This document shows, one piece after another, positions 13,711 to 27,923 of a DNA stretch of 64,000 bases (position 1 is the first letter of the stretch; every line of letters starts with the position of its first letter). Both the position numbers and the translations under genes were made by a program. The notes below the pieces were generated by a model. The model saw only the letters and a list, made by a program, of their open reading frames with translations, had not been told where the DNA came from and made no database searches. The stretch is from Octopus sinensis. Lineage: Eukaryota. The stretch spans positions 1,984,001 through 2,048,000 of the forward strand of contig NC_043004.1 in NCBI RefSeq assembly GCF_006345805.1. The letters are read 5' to 3'.

Positions 13711-16700
13711 GTTATAAAAGTGGCGACAAGTGATTCGAAGCTTACGTTGATCAATAACAATTTTTTAGAATACAACAAATTCGTTAATTATGGAAGACCC
13801 ATCAGCTGACATATTACAATTGCAAAAGCAACAGCAACAGCAGCAACAACTACCACACAAACAGTTGATGGAGTTATGGTCAAAGAAGAAGCGAAACACA
13901 GCAAGTTCGTCTTCGCATGACGGCGTAGTGAATGCTATAACTGAATTTAGTTGCAACCCAGAAGAGGGTGTAACTTTTCGGCGTACTTCAGAAGTTACAA
14001 AGAAATCTCCAAGGAAGAATGCAAGTGTTAGATAGACGATGAAGTGAATATACTGAGCATAAAAAATATTGCAATTTTATCTTGCATAAAAACAAGTGAA
14101 ATTTACATCTAGGAAACAGTTGGATTGCTATCCAAAATGTTCAACGGTATGCGTTCCCTGCTTAACACTCGCTGGGAGTGTTTGAACTTAGTAAAGAAAG
14201 AGGACGAAGAGTATACCACTTATTCTGGAATCGTAAATAGAATGTGCGAAAAATTTAAGCTGAAATAATTATCTCTGGACATGTTTGAATGCCTCATTTT
14301 TGTGCAAGGTTTGACGGCAAAGATACAGAAATACGCGCACGGATTCTTACAAAACTAGAACAGGAGGACCAGAATTTAACCCTGCGGGCAGTAGTAGAGG
14401 AATGTCAAGGAATTATAAATTGCGACAGGACGAAAACAAAATTAAAGAAAAAAAATTCTTTTAAGTACAGACATATCGACCGGGAATAAATAAGAAAAAT
14501 ATAGTGTTACTACCAAATCCATGCTATGAGTGTGGAGGCCTGTATTTTAAGAATGTCTGTTCATTTAAAACTCGGAAACGATTTAGTTGTCAAAAATAAG
14601 ACATAAAATCTGGCACTGCATAGCGAAGCAAAGAAGGTCGGAAAAAGAACCTTCTAAAAAGGTTTACTCAACGGCAAGTCGTAACGTCACCCCAAAAAGA
14701 AAATATGTGTATGTAAAAATACACGACACGAACATGAAACTACAACTAGACATAGGTAGCGACATTTCAATTATTGATACCGACACGTGGAAGAATAGTG
14801 GGAAACATCGAAAAGTGCGTAAGGTGTCACAGGTGAAAGATTACACTTCTAAGGCAAAATGGTAAGCGACATTACATTTCGTGGTAAAACTTGTAAAGCA
14901 AATGCGTCTGTGTAAAAAATATGCAACAAACTTGTTCGGTATTGACTGGATGAACATGTTTGATTTAAAGGACCATCCCATAAATCTGTTCTGTAAAAAC
15001 ATAAATGATTGTTCTTTCAATAAGATTAAAGTGTCAGATGAATTGAAGAAAAAATTTTGAAATGCTTTTCCTCAATTATTGTCGGATAAATTAAGTTTGT
15101 GTGCTAAGGCACATTTCCAATTTAAAGAAAACGCAATACCAGAGTTCAAACCAAACACAACGGTACCATTTGCTGCGACGAAGCATGTCTACGAAAAATT
15201 AAACAGATTAGAGAGAATTGGCGTCATCCAAAAAGTGGAATGTGCAAATGGGCAGCTCAAAAGTGTATATTAAAAAAAAGAATAACAAAGTCAGTGTGTG
15301 AGCCGATTTTTCCACTGACTTGAATGAACATCTGAAAACATGTCACTACCAGCTACGTACTTCGGAAAATATTTTGCCGAAGTTAAACGGGGCAAAATAT
15401 TTTCGAAACTGGATCTCTCTGACGCGTACCTACAAATTAGAGTAGACGAGGAATACTCAAAATACCTAACAGTGAATACTCATAAAGGACTATATTAACA
15501 TATCAGATTACCGTTTGGTCTAAAGGTCGCACCTGCAATTTTCCAATAAGTTATGGATGCAGTGTTAGCGTATTGTGAATTAGCAATTCCATACCTGGAT
15601 GATATATTAATTAAAAGTGACTCTCATGATTAGCATTTAGAGCATATAAAATGTGTTTTTGAAAAAAATAATAGATTACGGTTCCACACTGAGTGAAGAA
15701 GATGTGTATTTTTCTTACCTAAAATTAAGTATTTAGAAGAAATTATCGACAGGAGTGGACGACCACCGCACCCGTCCAAGGCAAACGCAATTGGAAATAT
15801 GCCTCCTCAGACTAATATAACGACCTTACAAGCTTTTCTAGGTCAAGAGAATTATTATCAAAATTGTATACCAAATATACATGAATTGAGAGATCCACTA
15901 AATAATTTGCTGAAAGAAAGCTGTGGGAAATGGAATTAGTCAAATAATTGTCAAAAGGCGTTTGAACATATTAAAAAATATTATATAGGCGCAGGAGTGG
16001 CTGTGTGGTAAGTAGCTTGCTAACCAACCACATGGTTCCGGTTTCAGTCCCACTGCGTGGCATCTTGGGCAAGTGTTTTCTGCTATAGCCCCGGCCGACC
16101 ATGCCTTGTGAGTGGATTTGGTAGACGGAAACTGAAAGAAGCCTGTCGTATATATGTATATATATATGTGTGTGTATGTGTTTATATGTTTGTGTGTCTT
16201 GTTTGTCCCCCCCCCAACATCGCTTGACAACCGATGCTGGTGTGTTTACGTCCCCGTCACTTAGCGGTTCGGCAAAAGAGACCGTAGAATAAGTACTGGG
16301 CTTACAAAGAATAAGTCCCGGTCGATTTGCTCGACTAAAGCGGTGCTCCAGCATGGCCGCAGTCAAATGACTGAAACAGTAAAAGAGTAAAGAGTAAAAG
16401 AGTATATCGGATTTGTCTGGTTCATTTCGATCCTGCGATGGAGACGCTTCTGAATACGGCATAGGAGTAGTAATGCTACACAAATATATTATACAAGACA
16501 GTAACATGAAGGCAGTGGATCATGCCTCACGTTCTCTGATAGCGGCAGAGTAAAACTATAGTCAAATAGAGAAAGAAGCTCTAGCGATCATTTTTGCCTT
16601 GAAGAAATTTCACAGATTTTTGTACGGTAGAAGTTTTCGGTTACGAACTCATCACCGACCATTATTATCAATTTTGGGGCCGAAGAAAGGAATTCCTAGC

Positions 16701-16810
16701 CATACTGCAAATAGGTTACAACAATGGGTTACGATATTGAGGAATTACGACTTTAAGATGGAATATATAGCATCCAAGAGGTTAGACCATGCGGATTCTT
16801 TATCCAAAAG
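13711..16810 (+). mobile_element. Gypsy (Mag/K02A2.6-like) LTR retrotransposon internal region, decayed, integrase missing
   Basis: PBS-like TGGCGAC at 13721 and gag ATG at 13790. Degenerate zinc knuckles (CYECGGL..., ...HKIWHC), protease LQLDIGSDISII, RT with KLDLSDAYLQI, RLPFGLKVAPAIFQ and YLDD (15592-15603), RNase H YSQIEKEALAIIFALKKFHRFLYGR...ANRLQQW. Many stops and frameshifts. Confidence 0.92.
15988..16403 (+). mobile_element. Complete SINE family B (tRNA head, CORE-like CTTGGGCAAGTG, internal microsatellite, (AAAGAGT)n tail) inserted in Gypsy pol
   Basis: Interrupts the RT/RNase H junction (...KKIL | SDLS-VHFDP...); the tail is AAAAGAGTAAAGAGTAAAAGAGT. Confidence 0.88.
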
Positions 16811-17483
16811 ATACCGCGATTGCCGCGTTGTAAGAATTAAAACTTCTGGGGAAATTAAAATCTCAAAAAAGGGAGAGGTGATGATGAAAAGAGAAAGGAT
16901 AAAATTATATAAACAATTTACACTTCCTACGGAATCTCAAAAGGGGAGATGATATGGGGTGAATAATGATACACACTATGAGACTAGCCGAACTCGTATA
17001 AGCAGCAGCGTGTTTGACTCAGAGGGACAAATGAGAAATCGCAGGAACTCGAAAGATGTCGTTAGTGGATTCATAAAGTCGCAGTTTGATTTTTCGTTTT
17101 GCCTCTCTCTCTCTCTCTCTCTCTCCCTCTCTCTCTCCCTCTCTCTCCCTCTCTCTCTCTCTCCGTATAGTATATATATATATATATAGATATATATATT
17201 ATATATATATATATATATATACAGAAGAAGAAAGAGAGAGAGAGGGAGATTGATGTATGCATGTATGCGCAGTCAAACGCGTAATATCTGCCTCAGCGTG
17301 GGATTTCGAAATCGATGCGTCGAACAAAGTGCCGCGTCGTATTTGTCTACTTTATGATTACGCCCCTTTAATACAAAGTTAGGTTTTTGAATATATCGGG
17401 AGTCCCAAACCCCTTGAAGCATTGCTTCAATATACCCGAAATGCAATCTCTGAAACTGTTATACATACATTCATACACATATA

Positions 17484-17562
<79 letters not shown>

Positions 17563-18114
17563 TTGTGTGTGTGTGCATACAAGTGATTACACAAATGCAT
17601 GTCTGTGTATGTGGATATTTACTTGTGTGTGTGTGTGTCCAAAGATTATGGATAGACTGGTAGATAAATATGGAGTTAAAGAAATACTCTTGTACAAGCG
17701 TAATATATGACAAACAAAAAAAAGATATGGAAAATTAAAACAATGAAATAGAAGGTCAAAGTTTAATTTCTGCGAAACGTCTATGCTTTCTTTTGCGCGA
17801 GCAGTCGTTTTACTTAAAGAAATGTTCTACCATTCGTTGTCAACTAAAATCAAGTCGGCTATTGTGACATCAATTAACATTTCAGGGATGTTTAAACCCT
17901 GAAATGTTAATTTTCTGTTTTGTTTTTTACATTTTGTTCCCCGATGGAGATCATAATTTCCCATTTTAGATAGAACTTAGTTGTTACTGTAAGCAATGAA
18001 TACAAAGAATATTAAAAAAAAAGCTATCATCAACTGGAATATCATACATACACACGCATGCACACACTCACACACACACAAAAATATATAAATAATTATG
18101 TGTGCGTATATACA

Positions 18115-18167
<53 letters not shown>

Positions 18168-20249
18168 TATATACACATATATATACTTAAATTTTCTTTT
18201 GTTCCGTGCTTTCATCTCGCTGCCATTTTTGCATAAAAATGGAGATCAGTGACGTTATGTCGTGATCCATACTGACAGACACTAAGCATCCCGTGTTTGA
18301 TGTGTCTATGGTTTCTTTTGAGAATCCTCACCAAATTATTCCCAAGACACAGCATAGTCTTTTCTCTGCGACAATGTGTAATTTATTTATTTGTTTATTT
18401 ATTCTGTTTTTCGCTCGTTTTATTTACTTGTCCGTTTCTTAAACTATTCTCTTATTCTCTTGTTTTCCCCTCTCTTTTTCTTTTTATTTGCGTTTTTTTT
18501 TTTTTTTTTTTTTCTACGTCGTTCTTTTCCTCCTGTTCTTCCATCTTTTTCTTTCGCAATTTCTTTATTTCGACTACTATTTTTATTCTGTAGAAGGAAG
18601 CTTTAATTTCCCATGTGGCTGAATTTCTGAACTAAGTATCCGTCCCATTAACCGTTTCTCTGTGAGTAAAACATTAGGGTGCGTGTTGTAACAAGTCTCC
18701 AGAGAGCACAAGCGTCTAATACTACACACACGCCTTTCGAGTGCGTGAATAAAACAAAAGAGAAAACAAAATGGAAAATAAATTCGAAACCAGGGGGAGA
18801 CAATAATAAACTGACATGAACTATGACCGCTTCTTTCAAAAGAAACGTTGCGAGTAGTTTTTTTTTTTTTTAGTACTTGGAATAGAGAATGTGTTCAGAC
18901 TAACAAACTATTGCAACGAGACTGTTTATAAAGTGGTTCTTGGCATTCCATATTAATTTGGATACCCATGAGATAATATTCTCGTCGAACTTTATACATT
19001 TCCCTACTGACAATAACATAGTACTTCATAGAATAATTAATACTAATTATAATTTTTCTTTAATTGAAGTCCAGCGTATTACTGGTGTTCAGTTTAGTTA
19101 ACTCTACACAGATAAAAGGTAACAGTGATTCTGCCATCTTTGTAGATGGGGGACCGACAGAAATAAGGGATATTTTTGTCTTTCGCCTATTTCTACTGTC
19201 TTTTGTATACAGAACTAGATAACCAGGGAGGTGCAAGTACGTGGTTACATGATCTGCTAGAAATGACTGCGAAATCTCCAGCAGAACCACTCTCCAGTCT
19301 CACATAAGAAATTAAGCATTAAAAATTGTAGTTCAGCACATCTGCCAAACGATCAATTTGACCTGAGCGAAAATAACAAGTCAACGAATATCCATCCGCC
19401 GTTCGAATAGGATACTAAAGATATGAATCTGAAATGGTTTAATTTGGGTTTCATTGCGTAATGAAGTGAATTATGGTGGATTCACATTTGCATCGCTCTC
19501 TCTGGGATCGTGAGGAATAAGATCAAAATGAATATGAATTAGTTTCGAATGCAAGATGGTCTTCGATTCGCATCACATTGCATGAGATGATGAAGCTGTA
19601 TTTGATAAAGGAACAATATGACGTGGAGTCTGGTTGACTTTAGAGAATTGTTTCCACGATGAGAGATTTTGATCAACTTGTACTAAAATTGGAGAACACA
19701 TAACTCCACATACGAGACGAAGTGGAGCCGTGGGAAAAATAAGCGACGGAGATGCAAAGAGCCGCTGATGATGATTTCGTTGACGTGAGATGCTTCTATC
19801 CTGGACAAAAATATCTGTACGTAGCTCAGAAGAGAATTGGTAAAAGCAGAGGTTGACTGGTAAATCAACAACGATATACGGAAAAGGTTAAACGTTGTCC
19901 GTTTTGCAGAACACCTCCAGCAACTGAATAAGTTTCGAGGAATTACAACCGTGTTTCGTGGCCTGCTACCACAACAGCTCCTTTATAGGATCCAGTTAGC
20001 TCAATACAGCATCAGGAGCAACCATGTCCGGTTTTGGCCCCTACTCCTCTACCGTTTTGACATGGCGGGCCCCCTTCCTCTGGTGTTGGCTGCATGTCTT
20101 CTTTCTTCTGTTTCCTGGCCTCTTCGATGTAGCGTTCACGAGTGTCAGCTGGCGACTGACTGATTTGTCAATTTTTTTTCCCTTTAAATACCTGCCGCTA
20201 GACTCCAGCAGGCAGCCCCAGCAAGTTGTCACATGACACTGTCCCAAAA

Positions 20250-20635
20250 GGTCGAAAGGAAAATTTGGATAAGAATTTGCATCCCACTGCTGCTGTAATA
20301 ACTTATGATCAGCTAATTCTAAAAGTGTGGATCACAACCTGGTCACTCTCAGATAAGATCGTCTTTCGGCGTGGGTGGAATTCTAGCAGAGATGCAGAGA
20401 ATAGAAGAGACGAACTTATTCGTCTTTACCGACTAAAACTATGCTAGAATCATAGGAAGACGTTAATGGCGCAGAAGACAGGAAAGCGTTTTTCGGGAAT
20501 CTTGACAGGAAGGAATGCAGCAGATATCGAAGATTTTTCTCTGTTTGCTATGAACGGGAAATTCCTCACAAGAGTATTACTCAACAGACTGAAATTCAAA
20601 GTCCGATTCCAGAAGGGGAGAAGCATTGTATACAC
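20250..20635 (+). mobile_element. Decayed RTE LINE RT fragment
   Basis: DQLILKVWIT... and ...FSLFAMNGKFLTRVLLNRL...RFQKGRSIV resemble RTE RT domain 0-1. Confidence 0.55.
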
Positions 20636-20641
20636 GCAGCA

Positions 20642-20706
<65 letters not shown>

Positions 20707-21413
20707 AAAACACACATACACATATACACATATATACATACATAAATATATATATATATTTATTTATATATACACGCACATACACACACATACATGCATA
20801 TATATACATATTTATATATTAGTAAAAAATATATATATATATATACGTAATTATGTATATATAGATTTATGTGTGTATATACATGCATGCATGTATGTAT
20901 TATGCATGCAAGTGCGTATGTATATATACATGTGTGTATGAGGGTGTGTGTGTGTGCTATGCCTTCCTTACTCCATTGTTTTGTTGCTTATTTTTCTCTA
21001 CTTGTCTATTCTTTCTTCCTTCCACAACAGTGCATACTGGAAACGCAAAATGCTTTTCCTTCTTTTTCTTATACGAATCATAATGTAGTACTAGAAAAAC
21101 TACAGTATTGTGATAAATGTATTTACCCAGACAATTACAGTTACAAGATCAAGGCTTATTAATAAGCTAATCAGTGAAATTTGATCTATACACATTTAGT
21201 TAGAGAAAGCTCATTTTCTATTTCCTGATAGGAGAGACAAACTCCATTCATTCCCATGGTAAAATCTATATACACTGACGCCACTCAGTTGTGGTGGGGA
21301 GTTTGTCTCCCCTGTCATTGAATAGAATATGTGCTTTCTGTGGCTAAAGAGTCCTTTGACTCTTATTTCTAGCAAAGCTGGTGCTCCCTGCATTCTTTGT
21401 CACTGTTTAAATA

Positions 21414-21575
21414 GGCGCTGAAGTGGCTGTGTAGTATGTAGCTTGCTTCCCAATCGCATAGTACCGGGTTCAGTTCCACTGCATGGCACCTCGGGCCATG
21501 CGTCTTCTACTGTAGCCTTGGGTTGACCAAAGCCTTCAGTGGATTTGGTGGACGGAAACTGAAAGAATCTCATCG

Positions 21576-21607
<32 letters not shown>

Positions 21608-21800
21608 AACGTATTTGTGTGTCTATGTTTGTCCCCCAACTCTCACTTGACACCGATGTTGGTGTGTTTACCTCCTCGTACCCTAGCAGTTCGGCAAAAA
21701 GGAACCTATAGAATAAGCGCTAAGCTTACAAAGAATAAGTCCTGAGGTCGATTTGTTCGACTAAACGCGGTGCTCTAGCATGACCGCAGTCAAAATGATA
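21414..21800 (+). mobile_element. SINE family B
   Basis: Collinear with 15988-16403, with (TA)n at the same internal site. Confidence 0.85.
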
Positions 21801-21818
21801 TAATAGTATAACCAGTAA

Positions 21819-21854
<36 letters not shown>

Positions 21855-21884
21855 ATATATATATAATATGAAAGAGATAGATAG

Positions 21885-21987
<103 letters not shown>

Positions 21988-22246
21988 GCAGATAGACACA
22001 AACGTACTCGCATATACGTGTACGAATGTGAGTATCCGTGTCATACCTGTAGTTGTCAATATAATCTACGCATAATGAGGTTTAAGCAAATCGTATGAAA
22101 GATGCTCAAAAAGCGTGTTTTTAGCCTAGTTATGACAAATAGTAAACTTCGAAGCAACTAACCTGGACGTTTAATGCTTCTTACTTTCATTGTTGAAATT
22201 TTTGTGGTTTATCTCCGGCTAATATTCTCACCGGGGCTCTAAGTAT

Positions 22247-22680
22247 ATGTTTACTATAATTATTAGGTATGATTTCCATGTATGTGTTACGCGCGCGCGC
22301 GCGTGTGCGTGTGTTTGTGTGTGTGTCTTTATATGTGTGTGTGTGCGTGTGTGTAGATATATGTATATATGCTTACATATATACACAAGTACATATATAT
22401 ATATGCGTATTTATATATATGTATATATATATACAGACATTTATATACATACATATATATACATATACATACTTAATGTTTACTATAAATATTAGGTATG
22501 ATTTCCATATATGTGTTTGGCGTGTGTGTATGATTTTGTGTGTGTGTCTTTATATATATTTGTGTGTGTCTGTGGATATATCTATAAATGCATACATATG
22601 TACACACAAGTACATATATATACATACACACACATATATATACATACACATATATATACATATTCTATAAATATATATAT
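22247..22680 (+). repeat. ~229-bp tandem duplication of microsatellite-rich DNA
   Basis: ATGTTTACTATAA-TATTAGGTATGATTTCCAT starts at both 22247 and 22476, and ACACAAGTACATATATAT occurs in both units. Confidence 0.85.
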
Positions 22681-22781
22681 GTAGGTATATATATATACAT
22701 ACATACATGTATACACAAATACATATATATACACACACATGTTTATATACATATATATATATGTATGCATATATAAATATA

Positions 22782-22820
<39 letters not shown>

Positions 22821-22860
22821 GCATGTATATACATACATACATACATACATATATATATAT

Positions 22861-22970
22861 TGTTAATCCAAACAAGAAAACACAAAAAAGAAAACACAAA
22901 AAAAAACAAAAACACAGCAACGCGAGGACGTGGAACAAATAACGTATTATTGGACGCTCAGGAAAGAAGG
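22861..22970 (-). mobile_element. Truncated copy of the Penelope-like pLTR module at 39611-39803
   Basis: GCAACGCGAGGACGTGGAACAAATA...TTATTGGACGCTCAGGAAAGAAGG is shared; this copy stops just before the hammerhead motif. Confidence 0.75.
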
Positions 22971-22985
22971 GAATATATATATTAT

Positions 22986-23022
<37 letters not shown>

Positions 23023-23227
23023 CGATACATATTGTGTTGTGGACGGGCAGTTGGTTTGCTTGAAATGTAAACTTTACTGTGTTAATTTCCTAAGATTTTC
23101 TCATAATCATAAGTTACCCGAAACTAGATCTTTACTCGCAACTTACATTTATGCTTTTATCTTTATTCCTCTACAATAAAAGAAATACCCGCCACTCTCA
23201 AAGCTTTCTCTAATTTCCTTATACCTA

Positions 23228-23259
<32 letters not shown>

Positions 23260-24741
23260 TCTTTTTTGTTTCGAGACGATTACTGCGGAAAGTTGTTAGA
23301 AAAGTCAACCACCACCACCAATGACACTAACAGATTGCTTTGCATTTTGTCGCTTAAGCCATTCGTCCGGTCCTTTTTAAGCGAAATATGTTCTATCGGT
23401 GATCCAACGGATAATTCCTATGGTCAGTCAAATATCTAAGTAAAACTATCTTCTTTCTCTCTCCCTCTCATTCTTCTCCACACCTCTCTCGCTCGCTCTC
23501 CCTTCCCTAACTCTAACTAATATCACCACTAGTGCATTCTAAATGATGTTGATGATTCCCAGCTGTGATACTAAAAGCCGACTTAAATTTGTTCTTAATG
23601 TCACGGTTGAATAGTACAGGGAAATGAGCTCACCATCATAAATCGTTAGCGTATGTCATGAAGCTCACAGAGCGCTGGCCAATTCCGTGCAGCTCAGTCA
23701 GTTAGTGAAGCGCACGAAATAGTAGTAAGAAAAGCTGACTAACTTATGATCTATGAAATTAATCTGACAGTAAAATGCAGAGTTGTAAATCACCTCTCGT
23801 AACCTGATTGTTAAAATATTTTGTCTCCTCTTTCATCTTCGTTGATCAATATAGCTGTGACCAGTGAAGCAACGTAACGGCCAGTTTTGAAGGTTTGCCT
23901 CTTTGGTTTTTCTCACTGATGACTTAATACAGAGAAAGAAGCTAAGAAGATTATACTGTCTAAGAATCCACAGCCCTAGCAGTAATAAAACAGAACAAAG
24001 ACAAAGATTCTTCCCGACAGAAAATATATATTTTTACAGATACTATCTAGAAATTTAAACTACACAATTTCAAATCGTAACACGGCTAATTCTATAATAA
24101 CAAAAAGATTAAGCAGTTCTTTACAGAGTGTAAACAATAATCAGGTTTGGCGAAAGTAAAAGCTGTTATTGAGTTGATTATGGTGACAAGAGGTGTGGAA
24201 GAAATGTGGTTCCGAGTCTATTGAATCCCATTCTTTGTATTCTGAGATCAAATCACATTCAGAGAGAATTTAGTTTCTATTTTCTCTACCTGATAAAAAA
24301 TTAATATTACTAATCGGTTTAATTAGTGACATTACTCCTGTAAAAATTTAGTTGCGTGTCATTGTAAAACGAAAACAAACACTATGTCAAACAGTTGGTC
24401 TCGCTTATATGACTGATATCCCATACAGACTGAATTAGCTGCTCAGTTGATCCATATTTATTCCATGAAATAAGTAATACGTCCTTGCAGTAAAGTTAGT
24501 ATCATTTTATTCCAATTTCTTTTCAAATATTAGCTTTATAACGGATATAGAAAAATTCAGTTAAATTGCATTGATTTCCCATCATAGGCAAAAACCTTAG
24601 TTGTTTTGGTAGAGAGCGGGTAGTTGATTAAACCTACTGAACTGGTATTTAATTTATAGGTGAAAGCAAAGTCCAGCACGATGTATTATGAACTCCTAAC
24701 CGAAAGTTTAGTAACTACATGTCGTAAAGTAGTTTGTCGTT

Positions 24742-25218
24742 AGCGTGGCTGTGCGGTAAGAAACTTGCTTCCCAGCCACAAGATTTCTCGGTTCAGTCCT
24801 ACTGCGTGGCACCTTGGGTAAGTGTTTTCTACTATATCCTCGGGTCGACCAAATCCTTGTGAGTGGATTTAGTAGACGGAAACCGAAAGAATCCCGTTGT
24901 ATATGCGCGCGTGTGTGCCTGTGTGTGAGTGTGTGTGTGTCTTTGTATCTGCGTGTGTCTTTGTGTTTTTCCTCCACCACCGCTTAACAACCGGTGTTGG
25001 TGTGTTTATGTCTCCGTAACATAGCGGTTCGGCAAAAAGAACCGATAGAATAAGTGCCAGGCTTTTTAAAAATAAGCTTTAGGGTCGATTCACTCGATAA
25101 ACAGTTCTTCAAGGCGGTGGCCCACAATAAACCTTAGGGCAGATTCACCTGACAAAAACTTCTTCAAGACGGTGGCCCAGTATGACCGTCGTCTGCCGAC
25201 TGAAACAAGCAAAAGAAA
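24742..25218 (+). mobile_element. SINE family B with a duplicated 3' segment
   Basis: Head, CORE-like motif and tail present. AGGG.CGATTCAC...TTCTTCAAG.CGGTGGCCCA occurs twice (about 25081 and 25137). Confidence 0.8.
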
Positions 25219-25486
25219 CTAAAAAAAAATTTTTTAAGAATAAATGCCGACGCCTGCCTTACGAGTTAATGAGTCTCAGCATGAAATTGTTAGCAAATAT
25301 GCAAGGATTTAATTATAATTCTGACCAATTGTTAACGGTTCAAATCAATGTTAGAAATAAGAGTTTGGCAGAGGCTAAAGGAACAGAGGTTCTATTCCTG
25401 AAAGAGAAGATCTGAATGATATGCAGTGATAAGTGTATGGAAGATCCTGGAAGGTCCAGCTCCCGAATTTGGAATTGAAAGCTATC

Positions 25487-25682
25487 TATTTCATTACTAC
25501 CCACAAGGGGCTAAACACAGAGTGGGCAAACAAGGACAGACAAAGGGATTTAGTCGATTAAATCGACTCCAGTGCGTAACTGGTACTTAATATATCGAAT
25601 TTGAACTCGGAACGTAGCGCAGACGAAATACGGCTACGCATTTCGCCCGGCGTGCTAACGTTTCTGCCAGCTCGCCGCCCTC
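25487..25682 (-). mobile_element. SINE family A (with linker)
   Basis: Ends in TTCTGCCAGCTCGCCGCC, the reverse complement of the head. Confidence 0.8.
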
Positions 25683-25774
25683 CTAGAATTAAAAGCTATA
25701 GAAACCATCGAACTAGACGGCGCTGCATAGCATCAAAGATCCTGTTTTTTTTTCATTTAGAATAAGGACCTAAT

Positions 25775-25970
25775 ACTGTCACATCTTGGGTTGCAAGAGT
25801 TCACAACTGTTCAACATTCTGTCAAGCAATCTCAGACATTTGCGTGGTGTAGATGTGGAAGTCTTCAAGGAGCGTTCGGACAAATGTTTAGCTGAAATAC
25901 CAGATGAATCCACAAGAAGGCACAAAGAAAACCAGTTCCGCCCAACTCGCTGCTTCACCGAAAACAGTGG
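25775..25970 (+). mobile_element. CR1/L2-like LINE C-terminal fragment
   Basis: SQLFNILSSNLRHLRGVDVEVFKERSDKCLAEIPDE is typical of the C-terminus of CR1/L2-group ORF2. Confidence 0.6.
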
Positions 25971-26399
25971 TAAACAGAAACACAAACGCACTGAAAGGCA
26001 GTGCTGTATCATGGCCTCAGTCTCCGGCTGAAACCATTAACTGGTTAAACATAAACGATAACTTCAATGTCTCATCACATAATTACTGTTATGGATGGGT
26101 CACCTGTTTCACAATGTAACAACAAGAACTATTTGCAACAGGTTAGGGGGTCAGAGGGAAAAATGCCATAAAATCAACAATTCTCAGTTATTGAAATATT
26201 TTTTTTCAATTCAGTTAAATATCTTCGATGCTAAAATTTCGTTTCTGTAAAAAAAGGCATTTACTGTTAAAATCGATTATTTTCGAATCAATAATAAAAT
26301 AACGAAGAGGAAAAAAAGAATCTGACTGTTTATTGCTGAGAGTAGTATAGTAAATTATGACATATTGTTTAATAACACAATGTAAATGTGTGTGCATGT

Positions 26400-26432
26400 G
26401 CGTGAGTGTGTATATGCATATACATACTGTAT

Positions 26433-26495
<63 letters not shown>

Positions 26496-27888
26496 CAGTA
26501 TATACATATATATATATGAATGTGTGTATGTATGTATGTATGTATGTATGTAAGTATGTATGCATGTATGTATGTATGTATGTATTAAATGTATCTGTGT
26601 ATTATATAAATAAATACCTAAAACCACAATTCAGTATCGATTACTTTGAAAGTTCCCTTTAAAAATAATTCACGTGAGCTGAAAATTTTCAAGAAAACCA
26701 CGAAATCAAATATCATTCGATAGTAAAATTAAAATAAAAGTTAATATATATATATATATATGCGTGAGCGTATGTGTCTATATGAATGTATGTATGTATG
26801 TATGTATGTATGTGTATGTATGTATGTATGTACGTATGTATGCATGTATGTATGTACGTATGTATGTATGGACGCTTGTACGTATGTATGTACGTATGTA
26901 TGTATGTATGTATGTATGTATGTATGTATGTATGTATGTATGTATGTATGTATGCACGTACTACGGATGTATTAATGTATGTATGTATGTATGTATGTAT
27001 GTATGTATGTATGTATGTATGTATGCACGTACTACGTATGTATGTATGTATGTATGTATGTATGTATGTATGTATGTATGTATGTATGCATGCATGCATG
27101 TATGTATAATAGGGTTTAATGAGTTAAACTTTAACTAGCAGATATACAGGCATACAATTTTTTAACGATTAAAGAATATTGATTCACGATAGGATTTCCT
27201 TAAACTCAAAAGTTGAACCAAACTCCTATTTTTACAGAATTCTTTATATGGAAAACGAAGTGGGGCTTTAGTTGTTTGTCATTATGTATTGTTGAAGCTA
27301 CTAAATTTAACAAGAGTTGCAGTTTGCTGACGATCGTTTTGGTACGTCTTCCTACGTTCAGACAAACAGGCGTCAAAAAGTGCAATCGTAAAATCAACGG
27401 TTGAACACTTGTCGTTAGCGAAGTGACTGGGTCAAAGCTGTAAAGTTGTGCATGTGTGTGTGTGTGTGTATGTGTGTGTGTAAGAAATTCAATGCTGCAA
27501 TTTACTGGAAAATATGCTTTATGTACTTCTACTTGTGTACTTCGTATATATGCATTTATGCATGCATACGCATACTGTCGCGTGAGCAGGCACATGCATA
27601 CACGTACACACGTACACACACACACACAAACACATCTTTTTAAAGAGCGAGGGGGGACATACATATATGAATATATATAGACAGTGACAGGCATAGATGT
27701 ATACATATATATACATATACAGGCACACTGTGTATAGTATACATGGTGTGTATATATATATATATATATACACATATATATATATATGTACACATGTATA
27801 TATATATATACACATATATTATATAATATATATATAATTATATGTAATATGTACACATGTGTGTGTATGGTATATATATATATAAGTT

Positions 27889-27923
<35 letters not shown>

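Noticed and set aside
13790-14035. Poly-Q ORF suggesting a host transcription factor
   Set aside because: It follows the PBS-like motif and is collinear with downstream gag/pol remnants, so it is the Gypsy gag N-terminus.
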